Part shown: positions 47,891 to 55,657 of the stretch, piece after piece
How the letters are laid out: each line of letters starts with the position of its first letter
Numbering within the stretch: the first letter of the stretch is position 1
Program-made: the position numbers and the translations under genes
DNA from: Candidatus Limnocylindria bacterium
GTDB taxonomy: Bacteria > Chloroflexota > Limnocylindria > P2-11E
Assembly: GCA_038211425.1 (NCBI GenBank)
Contig: JBBQVQ010000005.1
Location: forward strand, 13,991 to 77,990
Length of the DNA: 64,000 nucleotides
Direction: 5' to 3'
The notes under the pieces: model-generated
What the model saw: only the letters and a program-made list of their open reading frames with translations
What the model was told of the DNA's origin: nothing
The model's database searches: none

Positions 47891-49363
47891 CTACTTCTCT
47901 ACCTCCATCGCTTTGGCGATGGACGCCAGGAACTCCTTGTTGGTCTTGGTCTTCGTGAGCCGCTGGAGCAGGAGTTCCGTGCCTTCGATCTGGCCGACTG
48001 CCGAGAGCATCTTCCGCAACAGGATCACCTGCCTCATCACTTCGGGAGCAAGCAGGAGTTCCTCGCGGCGCGTGCTCGAGGACGGGATGTTGATCGCTGG
48101 GAAGGTGCGGCGCTCTTGGAGCTTGCGGTCGAGGATCATCTCGGAGTTGCCGGTGCCCTTGAACTCCTCGTAGATGACATCGTCCATCCGGCTACCCGTG
48201 TCGACCAGGCACGTGGCGAAGATGGACAGCGACCCCGGTCCTTCGACGTTCCGCGCCGCTCCGAAGAAGCGCTTTGGCGGATACAGCGCGACGGGGTCCA
48301 TCCCGCCGGACAGCGTGCGCCCCGAGGGCGGCACCGCGAGGTTGTATGCCCGAGCGAGCCGGGTGATCGAGTCGAGGACGATCGCGACGTCACGGCCCGT
48401 TTCGACGAGGCGCTTCGCGCGCTCGAGCGCAAGCTCGGCGACGCGGGTGTGGTTCTCCGTCGGTTCGTCGAACGTCGAGGCGAACACCTCGGCCTTTACC
48501 GAGCGTCGGAAGTCGGTCACCTCTTCGGGACGCTCGCCGACCAACACGACCATGACGTGTGCGTCCGGGTGGTTGCCGATGATCCCGTTCGCGATGTCCT
48601 TCAGCAGCGTCGTCTTGCCGGCCTTGGGAGGAGAGACGATGAGGGCGCGCTGGCCCTTGCCAAGCGGGTTGATCAGATTGATGAGGCGCTGGCTCAGGTT
48701 CGCGCTCTCGATCTCGAGGTCGAACATCTCGTCCGGGAAGACCGGCACGAGGTTCTCGAAATGCGGCCGCCGGCGCGCGAGCTCCGGGTCCACCCCGTTG
48801 ACCGCCTCGACGCGCAGCAGGCTGAAATACTTCTCACTGTCTTTCGGGGGGCGCGTCTGGCCCGTCACGAAGTCGCCGGTCCGTAGCCCGATGCGCCGCA
48901 CCTGGCTCGACGACACGTACACGTCCTCTGCCGACGGTAGGAGGCTGCGCCGGCGGAGGAAACCGAAACCGTCCTCGACGATCTCGAGGATGCCCTGGGC
49001 GAAGATGTTGCCCTGGGCCTCCGTCTGCGCCTGGAGGACGCGCAGCATCACCTCCTGCTTGTCCGTCACGCCCGTCAGGTCCGTCACGCCGAACTCGCGC
49101 GCCGCCTCCACGAGCTGCTTGCCCTTCATCTCGCTGAGCTCGGTGATCGTGTAGTACCTGCGGGCCGGGGTCTCGACGCGCGCGGGCTGCTCGCGCGGGG
49201 CATCCGTCGTGATGGGCGGCGCGCCCACCTCGCGTCGCGGGCCGCGGCGATCCAGGTCTCGACCGTTCACCCGCGGTCGGGAGACCTCGTTCTCCTGTGG
49301 TGTCAGGTTCGTCGCGGCAGGCGTCTCGGTAGGAGGTGCGGGAGCGGGTTCTGAGTTTTCCAC
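47891..49363 (-). CDS. rho: transcription termination factor Rho with a ~75-aa low-complexity N-terminal extension
   Basis: Rho_N ELSEMKGKQLVEAAREFGV, CSD-like GILEIVEDGFGFLR. Walker A SPPKAGKTTLL, VVLVGERPEEV, ATCLVDTGSRMD. SD AAGGAG 11 nt before GTG 49363. Confidence 0.95.
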   Translation of the reverse strand: MENSEPAPAPPTETPAATNLTPQENEVSRPRVNGRDLDRRGPRREVGAPPITTDAPREQPARVETPARRYYTITELSEMKGKQLVEAAREFGVTDLTGVTDKQEVMLRVLQAQTEAQGNIFAQGILEIVEDGFGFLRRRSLLPSAEDVYVSSSQVRRIGLRTGDFVTGQTRPPKDSEKYFSLLRVEAVNGVDPELARRRPHFENLVPVFPDEMFDLEIESANLSQRLINLINPLGKGQRALIVSPPKAGKTTLLKDIANGIIGNHPDAHVMVVLVGERPEEVTDFRRSVKAEVFASTFDEPTENHTRVAELALERAKRLVETGRDVAIVLDSITRLARAYNLAVPPSGRTLSGGMDPVALYPPKRFFGAARNVEGPGSLSIFATCLVDTGSRMDDVIYEEFKGTGNSEMILDRKLQERRTFPAINIPSSSTRREELLLAPEVMRQVILLRKMLSAVGQIEGTELLLQRLTKTKTNKEFLASIAKAMEVEK

Positions 49364-49498
49364 CTGAATCGGTGCTCCTTAGGTATGTATGCCGGGCAGC
49401 GATGGCCACCATGGCGACTTGCCGGTCCGGGGCGCGAAATGCGGCCGCACCCGGCTGAAACGGAGGGGAAACGTGCTGATCTCAGTATAGCCTTTGAG

Positions 49499-49723
49499 CG
49501 CCATGACGAGCGAGCACGGGCTTCGCCCGGCGCAGCGAGTCCTCCAGCCTTGAGCACGCGCTCGAGGAGCGGAGGCGTATGCCGACGCGGCGAGCCGCTC
49601 AGGTAGTCGGCGCCATGACACGAGTGAGCACGAACTTCGCCCGGCGCAGCGAGTCCTCCAGCCTTGAGCACGCGCTCGAGGAGCGGAGGCGTATGCCGAC
49701 GTGGCGGGCCTCTTAGGTGCCTC
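49499..49723. repeat. two-copy tandem direct repeat (units ~112 and ~114 bp) in the rho / LLM-UbiA divergent intergenic region
   Basis: Copy A is 49499-49610 and copy B is 49611-~49723. A 67-nt core is identical (49521-49587 = 49635-49701). Each copy contains the imperfect palindrome CTTGAGcacgcgCTCGAG flanked by CCTCC..GGAGG. Confidence 0.9.
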
Positions 49724-51693
49724 AGCTCGCGCGCCGGATCGGTCTCGGTTTTGCGTCGCGAGGGTCCGTCGCGGAGATCGTCACTTGGTCTGATCGCGCA
49801 CGCGAGCTCGGCGTCGAGTCCATCTGGTTCCACGATTCCTATTTCGAGCGCGACGCCGTGACGTACGCGACGGCCGTCTCCGCCCAGGTCGCCGATATCG
49901 GCATCGGCCTCGGGGCGCTGAATCCGTACACGCGCCACCCGGTCCTGATCGCGATGACCGTCAGCGCGCTCGACGAGCTCGCGCCTGGCCGTATCAGGCT
50001 CGCCCTCGGAAGCGCCCTCCCCTTCCGGCTCGGCCAGATGGGGATCCCCTACGAGCCGAGCGAAGCCGTGCAGCGCGTCGGGTCAGCGATCGACACCGTT
50101 CGCGCGCTGTGGGCGGGCCAGAGGCTGCCCGCCGGAGCGCCCGGTCTGCCACCGCTCCAGCCGATGTTCGCGCCAGTCCACCGCGTGCCGATCTTCGTCG
50201 CAGGGTACCGCTCGCCGATGATGGCCCTCGCCGGAGAGAAGGCCGACGGGTACCTCGCGCGGCCCGCCGAGTCCCTGCCGGGGTTGCGCAAGCTGCTGCG
50301 CGTCCTGCGCCAGGCCGAGTCCCGGGTGGGAAGGGCCGAGGGTGCCGTCGAGACGTCGGGTTACCTACTCTCGTTGGTGGACGTGACCCGGCGCGAAGCG
50401 CTGAACCGCGCGAAGCGCGAGCCCTTCGTCATCTACATGATGAGCATCCTCTCTGAGACCACGCTCAAGAGAGCCGGTTTCGAGATTGACCTCCGCGACC
50501 GTATCGCGGCCGCGTGGCGGGCTGAGGACTACAACGCGGCGGCGCAGCTGATCCCCGACGAGCTTCTCGATGCGTTCCTTCTCTGTGGGACCAGCGACGA
50601 GGTCGCCGATCGCGTATCCGAGTACCGAGCTGCGGGCATGGACGTTCCGTTGCTCCAGCCGATCGTGCAGGAGGCATCGCAGGTCGAAGGGATCCTCCGC
50701 GCCGCCATCGCCTATGGCCGCGCCGCCGAGAGCGCCCGGGCGCGAGGTCGCGCGGCGCTCGACGAGCAGCGACTCGGAACCGGCAGAGGGCTCGCCCGGC
50801 GAGTGCAAGCCATCTACGAGATCGCGCGTCCCTTCAGCTTCACCGCGTCGGTCGTGCCGGTGGCCGCCGGCGGAGCGCTGGCCGCGATCGACGGCGCTTT
50901 CTCGTGGACCCTCTTCGCAGCGGCGCTCGCCGGCGGCGTGGCGATCCATATCGGCACGAATGTGATCAACGAGATCTACGACGTGCGCAAGGGCGTCGAC
51001 TCCATCACCTCGCCCCGCGCGAGCCACGCCATCGTCGCGGGTCGCCTCGCGGAGCGCGAGGCGTTCATTGTCGCCTTCGCCGCGTTCGCACTCGCCGCCG
51101 CGCTCGGGGTGTTCCTCATTTCCGTACGCGGCTGGCCGGTCGCGCTTCTCGGCGTCCTAGGTGTCGCGGGCGGCTACACGTATACCGCGCCGCCGTTCGA
51201 GTACAAATACCGCGCCCTCGGGCTGCCCCTGGTGTTCCTCTTCATGGGCGTACTCATGGTCGTCGGTGCGCATTACGTCGTCGCGGGATTCTTCGACCCT
51301 CGGACGCTGATTCTCGCCGTGCCAGTCGGTCTGCTCGTCACCGCGATCCTCCAGGGCAACGAATGGCGCGACATCAGCGAGGACGCGCGGGCCGGCGCAG
51401 TCACTTTCTCGGTGCGGTTCGGCCGTCGGGCCGCGCACCTCTGGTACGTCGGTCTCGTCGTCGCGGCGTACATGGCGCTCGCGATCGCCGTGTCGTTCGG
51501 CGCGCTGCCGCTGCCGACGCTCCTCGCGATCCTCTCGCTCCCGTTGCTCGTGCGCGCGGTCCGCGCGTCCGAGCTCGGCGCGAGCGGGCAGCAGCGCGCG
51601 ATCGCGATGATCGACCTCGAGACGGCGCAGCTGCACGCCGTCTTCGGTCTGCTTCTTGTCGTCGGGCTCATCCTCTCCGCGGTGCTGCGCTGA
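49717..51693 (+). CDS. fusion protein: N-terminal luciferase-like (LLM, flavin/F420-dependent) oxidoreductase domain plus C-terminal UbiA/MenA-family membrane prenyltransferase domain
   Basis: A single 658-aa ORF. The LLM part is GVESIWFHDSYFERDAVTYA..LGALNPYTRHPVLIAMTVSALDELAPGRIRLALGS..LCGTSDEVADRV. The UbiA part is ARPFSFTASVVPV..NVINEIYDVRKGVD (NxxxDxxxD-type motif)..YTYTAPPFEYKYRALG, with about 8 TM segments. Confidence 0.8.
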   Translation: MPQLARRIGLGFASRGSVAEIVTWSDRARELGVESIWFHDSYFERDAVTYATAVSAQVADIGIGLGALNPYTRHPVLIAMTVSALDELAPGRIRLALGSALPFRLGQMGIPYEPSEAVQRVGSAIDTVRALWAGQRLPAGAPGLPPLQPMFAPVHRVPIFVAGYRSPMMALAGEKADGYLARPAESLPGLRKLLRVLRQAESRVGRAEGAVETSGYLLSLVDVTRREALNRAKREPFVIYMMSILSETTLKRAGFEIDLRDRIAAAWRAEDYNAAAQLIPDELLDAFLLCGTSDEVADRVSEYRAAGMDVPLLQPIVQEASQVEGILRAAIAYGRAAESARARGRAALDEQRLGTGRGLARRVQAIYEIARPFSFTASVVPVAAGGALAAIDGAFSWTLFAAALAGGVAIHIGTNVINEIYDVRKGVDSITSPRASHAIVAGRLAEREAFIVAFAAFALAAALGVFLISVRGWPVALLGVLGVAGGYTYTAPPFEYKYRALGLPLVFLFMGVLMVVGAHYVVAGFFDPRTLILAVPVGLLVTAILQGNEWRDISEDARAGAVTFSVRFGRRAAHLWYVGLVVAAYMALAIAVSFGALPLPTLLAILSLPLLVRAVRASELGASGQQRAIAMIDLETAQLHAVFGLLLVVGLILSAVLR

Positions 51694-51752
51694 GGTCCCC
51701 CGGTCCGATAGCCTCGCGGGGACCTTCGCCACGCGCGACCGCCGCAGGGCTG

Positions 51753-52349
51753 ATGGTGGCCTACGCAGCTTTCGCGCTCATCTTCCGCGGACCCCGCGTC
51801 CGCTTCTGGCAGCGGATGACCATCACCGGGGCGGCGCTCGGGTCGATCGCTCTTGCCGGCGAGCCGGGCCTACGGCGCCCTCGACTCGGCCTGCGCGACG
51901 TCGGCCTCGGGCTCGCGATCGCCGGCGGCCTCTACGCCGTCTTTCAGATCGGCGACCGTGCCGCCCGCCGGATCCTCCCTCGCGGCGAGGCCGAGATCAG
52001 TGACATCTACGCGCTCCGCTCGCTCCGCCCTCGCGGGGAGATCGCTCTTCGCCTGGCCGCGGTCATAGCGCCTGCGGAGGAGCTTTTCTGGCGTGGCCTC
52101 TTGCAGCGCGCCCTCGGCGCGCGGGTCGGCGCGGTTCGTGCGGCGGCGCTCGCGACCGGCGCATACGGCGGCGCGCACCTGGTGACGGGAAATGTGGCGC
52201 TGATCGGCGCTGCCGCGACCGCAGGCCTCTACTGGAGCGCGCTTGCCGCCCTGGGCGCGCCGATGGCCGCGCTCGTGATCAGCCACGTGGTGTGGGATGT
52301 GTGGATCTTCCTCGTCGCTCCGACGCAGGGCGATCCAGGCGGCGCGTAG
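51753..52349 (+). CDS. CPBP-family (CAAX/Abi) intramembrane glutamic protease
   Basis: Hydrophobic 198-aa ORF with EELFWRG (EExxxR), GAYGGAHL and SHVVWDV (His motifs). Confidence 0.75.
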   Translation: MVAYAAFALIFRGPRVRFWQRMTITGAALGSIALAGEPGLRRPRLGLRDVGLGLAIAGGLYAVFQIGDRAARRILPRGEAEISDIYALRSLRPRGEIALRLAAVIAPAEELFWRGLLQRALGARVGAVRAAALATGAYGGAHLVTGNVALIGAAATAGLYWSALAALGAPMAALVISHVVWDVWIFLVAPTQGDPGGA

Positions 52350-52355
52350 CGCCGG

Positions 52356-52466
52356 TCACCGGTGCCACCGGGGCGCGGACTGACGCACGTGGAAGATGCG
52401 GAAGAACACGATCGTGCTCTCGTGGTAGAGGTACCACACGTTGAATGGGGTGCGTCGTAGTCGCAT
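52356..52466 (-). pseudogene. possible remnant of a RelE/ParE-type toxin (C-terminal 36 codons only)
   Basis: MRLRRTPFNVWYLYHESTIVFFRIFHVRQSAPRWHR resembles the C-terminal ..Y.I.Y......I.I.RI.H..Q.. pattern of ParE/RelE toxins. No antitoxin or N-terminal part was seen. Locally lower G+C. Confidence 0.3.
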
Positions 52467-52571
52467 CTTGAGCAGAGAGTGCCGCCGTGGTGCTCGGCTT
52501 CGCGTCGCACAAGGGGAAAGACAGCGAGCATCTCGCAGACCAATTGACTTGACCTCCTAGGATGCCATCAG

Positions 52572-53049
52572 GTGGCAGACAAAACGATCGTGTTCATCCA
52601 CGGTGCATGGGTCACCGCACTTTGCTGGGATCCGTTCGTGGCTACTTCACCGAGCGCGGCTTCCGCTGCCTCGCACCAAGTTGGCCGCACAAGGCCCGCC
52701 GGCCGAGCAGCGCCGCGTTTACGAGGAGCAAGCGACGCCTGAAACCGGCCGGATCTTCTTCCAGGCCGCGTTCGCCCTCCTCGACCGCAAGCGTGCGACG
52801 CAGGTCGATTTCGCGAGCCGACGCGAGCGCCGCGTCTCATCACCGCCGGTTCGGGCGATCACAACGTGCGGCCGGCAATGGTCAAAGTGAACTAACGGAA
52901 GTACCGCCCACGCGTCGACACGGACCGATTTCCATGAGTTCGCCGGACGAACCCACCGGGTCATTGCCGAGACGGGCTGGGCGGAGGTCGCCGCATTCGT
53001 ACAGAACTGGGTGGAGATGCGGGTGGCTCCCGGTGCCGATCCAAATTGA
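52572..53049 (+). pseudogene. alpha/beta-hydrolase pseudogene (several frameshifts, an in-frame stop, and deletion of the central nucleophile region)
   Basis: Homology fragments are spread over all three + frames: VADKTIVFIHGAWVTALCWDPFV / GYFTERGFRCLAPSWPHK / PAEQRRVYEEQATPETGRIFFQAAFALLDRKRATQVDFASRRERR / LITAGSGDHNVRPAMVKVN* / RKYR..VDTDRF / HEFAGRTHRVIAETGWAEVAAFVQNWVEMR. No GxSxG segment is present. Confidence 0.75.
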
Positions 53050-53211
53050 TGGGGCGCTGGCCGCGAGGGATCTGTCGCACGTGCGCCGCGTTTGCCGATC
53101 ACGCTATGAACGACACTCGAACTCCCCGCGCGTCTCGCCGATGTCCACGACGGTAAAGGAGCTTCGCCGAGAGCGAGCCGATCAGGCGCACGAGCAGAAG
53201 GCCGCCGATGA

Positions 53212-54342
53212 TTACCGCTCCGCCAGCGGCACCCAGCGCTTTCCCGAGGGACCGGTGTACTCGGACTCTGGGCGAATGAGCCGGTTGTCTCCATGCTGCT
53301 CCATGATGTGCGCACACCAGCCGGCGATGCGCCCGATGGCGAACAACGAGGTCCCCAGGTCCGCCGGCAGCCCAAGGTACGTGTACGTCGTCGCGGCGTA
53401 GTAGTCGACGTTGACCGGCAGATGGCGACGGGCGTTCACGGCTTCCAAGAGCTTCTCCTGGATCGCGAAATACTCCGGGCCCTTCACGTCCTTCGCAAGC
53501 TCCGAGGCGAATCTCCGCAGATGCTTGGATCGCGGATCGACCGTCCTGTACACGCGGTGGCCGAACCCTGGATAGCGCGGATGCTTCTGCTGTTCGGTCT
53601 TCTCGACGTATCCATTGACGCGGTCGGGTGCGCGGATCTCGTCGAGCATCCGCATCGTGCCGTCGGTGGCGCCGCCGTGCAGCGGGCCCTTCAAAGCGCC
53701 GAGTCCGGCGGTGACCGCCGCGTGCATGTCCGCGAGCGTGGCCGCCGTGATGCGTGCAGCGAACGTCGACGCGTTCAGCCCGTGCTCGGCTTGCAGGATG
53801 AAGCAGGTGTTGAGGACTTCGGCGGCGCGTTCGTGTCCCTCGTCGCCCCAGGTCATTCGGGCGAAGTTCGCCGCATGGCCGAGGGATGGCTCCGGAGGTA
53901 TCGGCTTCTCGCCCTTGCGGCGCCGTATGTACGTCGCGAGGATCGTAGGCATCTTCGCGGTAAGGCGCACGGCCTTGCTGTATTCGGCTTCGGGAGTGTT
54001 GTCGCCCTCGGACGGATCCTCGACCGCCGCCGCCGAGACCACCGTCCGCACCACGTCCATCGGGGTGCCGTTCTCTGACATCTTGCTCAGGAGATCGCGG
54101 AGGAACGGCGACAGCGCGCGGTGTTTCACGAGCTCGGCCTTGAAGTCCCGCAGCTGGTCCCTGTCGGGGAGCTCGCCCCGCAGCAGCAGGTGGGCGACCT
54201 CTTCGTATTCGGCGCGCCCCGCCAGCTCGTCGATGTCGTACCCGCGATAGACGAGGCTCCCGTCCGCGACCGAGCAGATCGCTGTGGTCGTCGCGACGAC
54301 GCCCTCGAGGCCGCGCGGTGCCGCCGTGCGCTCGGTGCCCAT
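53212..54342 (-). CDS. gltA: citrate synthase (or 2-methylcitrate synthase), short bacterial/archaeal type
   Basis: GLEGVVATTTAICSVADGSLVYRGYDIDELA..LLLRGELP..ILQAEHGLNASTFAARI..LKGPLHGGA..GFGHRVYRTVDPR..NVDYY. Confidence 0.92.
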   Translation of the reverse strand: MGTERTAAPRGLEGVVATTTAICSVADGSLVYRGYDIDELAGRAEYEEVAHLLLRGELPDRDQLRDFKAELVKHRALSPFLRDLLSKMSENGTPMDVVRTVVSAAAVEDPSEGDNTPEAEYSKAVRLTAKMPTILATYIRRRKGEKPIPPEPSLGHAANFARMTWGDEGHERAAEVLNTCFILQAEHGLNASTFAARITAATLADMHAAVTAGLGALKGPLHGGATDGTMRMLDEIRAPDRVNGYVEKTEQQKHPRYPGFGHRVYRTVDPRSKHLRRFASELAKDVKGPEYFAIQEKLLEAVNARRHLPVNVDYYAATTYTYLGLPADLGTSLFAIGRIAGWCAHIMEQHGDNRLIRPESEYTGPSGKRWVPLAER

Positions 54343-54562
54343 CGCGCGAAGTCTCCCATGCGCGCGGCGCTGGCGGCTCCACGGTGGGCTTGACAGCACG
54401 GGATGGGAGGGGAGTACATTCCCCTCGCTCAGCCGTTAAGCTGACAACAGAGCGACATTCCCTCATCCCACCCACCAGCGGGGGGCGGCGGCCGCTAGGC
54501 CGGCGCCCTTTCGCTTTGGTCGGCATATCGTCACCAGAGCCGAGGCGCCTGAAAGGAGCACC

Positions 54563-55657
54563 ATGACGCTCGTTCGGGGCGGTTCCGGACCCAGGCGCAT
54601 GCCGATCCCCGCGGATCGCTACCGCAGCGCTGCCCGGTCGGCTGGCGCCAAGCGCCGGCGCCAGACCGGCGCCTTCGGAATGCTCGGCTGGGTGGCGGTC
54701 GGCCTCGCCGCCGCGATCATGCTGCCGCTGGGGCTCGCCACCGCGGGAGCTTCGCTCGGCGAGCTCGCGGGTTCCGTCGGCGCCTCCGTCGCCGCGCAGG
54801 CACCCAAGGGTTTCCAGCCCCTCGTCATCACGGACAGCGCCTCGACGACCGCCGGGGCGGAGCCCGTCCTCGACGGCCTGCCAAACCACACTCGCGAAGC
54901 GCGCATCCTCGTGCACGGCCACGTGCCGGCGTTCGCCCTCGGGCCCGACAGAAGGCTGGAGGTCCTGGTCAATGGGGAACCCACGACGACCGTCGCCGTC
55001 GACGACCGGTCGCGCTTCGCGTCGGAGGCGATCCTCCGCGATGGCCCGAACGCGATCGTCGCTCGGCTCGTCCAAGGGAGGGACACCATCGCCTCGACTT
55101 CCCGGACGGTCATCGTCGACCGGACGCCCCCTCCTCTGGTCCTCGTGCGCCCGCACCCCGGGGACATCGTGGACGGACCGACCGTGACGGTGGAGGGCAA
55201 GACCGAGCCGCGTCTCGAGGTCAGCGTGAACGACCGCACGCTCGTTGTCGCCGCCGACGGCACCTTCTCGGACTCGTTCACGGCCCCCGAGGGTCCGCTG
55301 GCTGTGCGAGTGGTCGCCCGGGACCTCGCGGGGAACGCGACCCTGTTGACGGTCCCGGTGGCGGTCCGGGTGACGCCGCTTCCGACCGGCGTGACGTTGA
55401 AGGTCACGCTCGACCGGACCGCGGTGCGCCCTGGAGAGGCCGTCGTCGCCGACATCGTCCTGAGCGACGCGGGCGCACCCAGAGCCGGAGCGACGGTGAG
55501 CCTCTCCGTCGGTGTCATCGCGATCGCCAGCGCACGTACGGATGCCGCCGGACACGCGCGCATCGGATTCGCAGCGCCACCGAACGAGGGCGCCGCATCG
55601 GTGGTCGTGCTCGCGCCCGGCGGCGCGGGATCAGCGGTCCTGACCGTCGCCCGTTGA
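54563..55657 (+). CDS. membrane-anchored extracytoplasmic protein with Ig-like (Big-type) beta-sandwich repeats, function unknown
   Basis: SD AAAGGAG then ATG. An N-terminal TM MLGWVAVGLAAAIMLPLGLA, followed by repeated motifs of the type TVTVEGKTEP...VSVNDR..V..DGTF..F and ARDLAGNAT. Confidence 0.6.
   Translation: MTLVRGGSGPRRMPIPADRYRSAARSAGAKRRRQTGAFGMLGWVAVGLAAAIMLPLGLATAGASLGELAGSVGASVAAQAPKGFQPLVITDSASTTAGAEPVLDGLPNHTREARILVHGHVPAFALGPDRRLEVLVNGEPTTTVAVDDRSRFASEAILRDGPNAIVARLVQGRDTIASTSRTVIVDRTPPPLVLVRPHPGDIVDGPTVTVEGKTEPRLEVSVNDRTLVVAADGTFSDSFTAPEGPLAVRVVARDLAGNATLLTVPVAVRVTPLPTGVTLKVTLDRTAVRPGEAVVADIVLSDAGAPRAGATVSLSVGVIAIASARTDAAGHARIGFAAPPNEGAASVVVLAPGGAGSAVLTVAR

Noticed and set aside
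49499-49723. The tandem repeat as a CRISPR array or MITE.
   Set aside because: There are only two directly abutting copies with no unique spacers and no cas genes, and the unit length (~113 bp) is far above CRISPR repeats. No terminal inverted repeats or target-site duplication typical of a MITE were seen.
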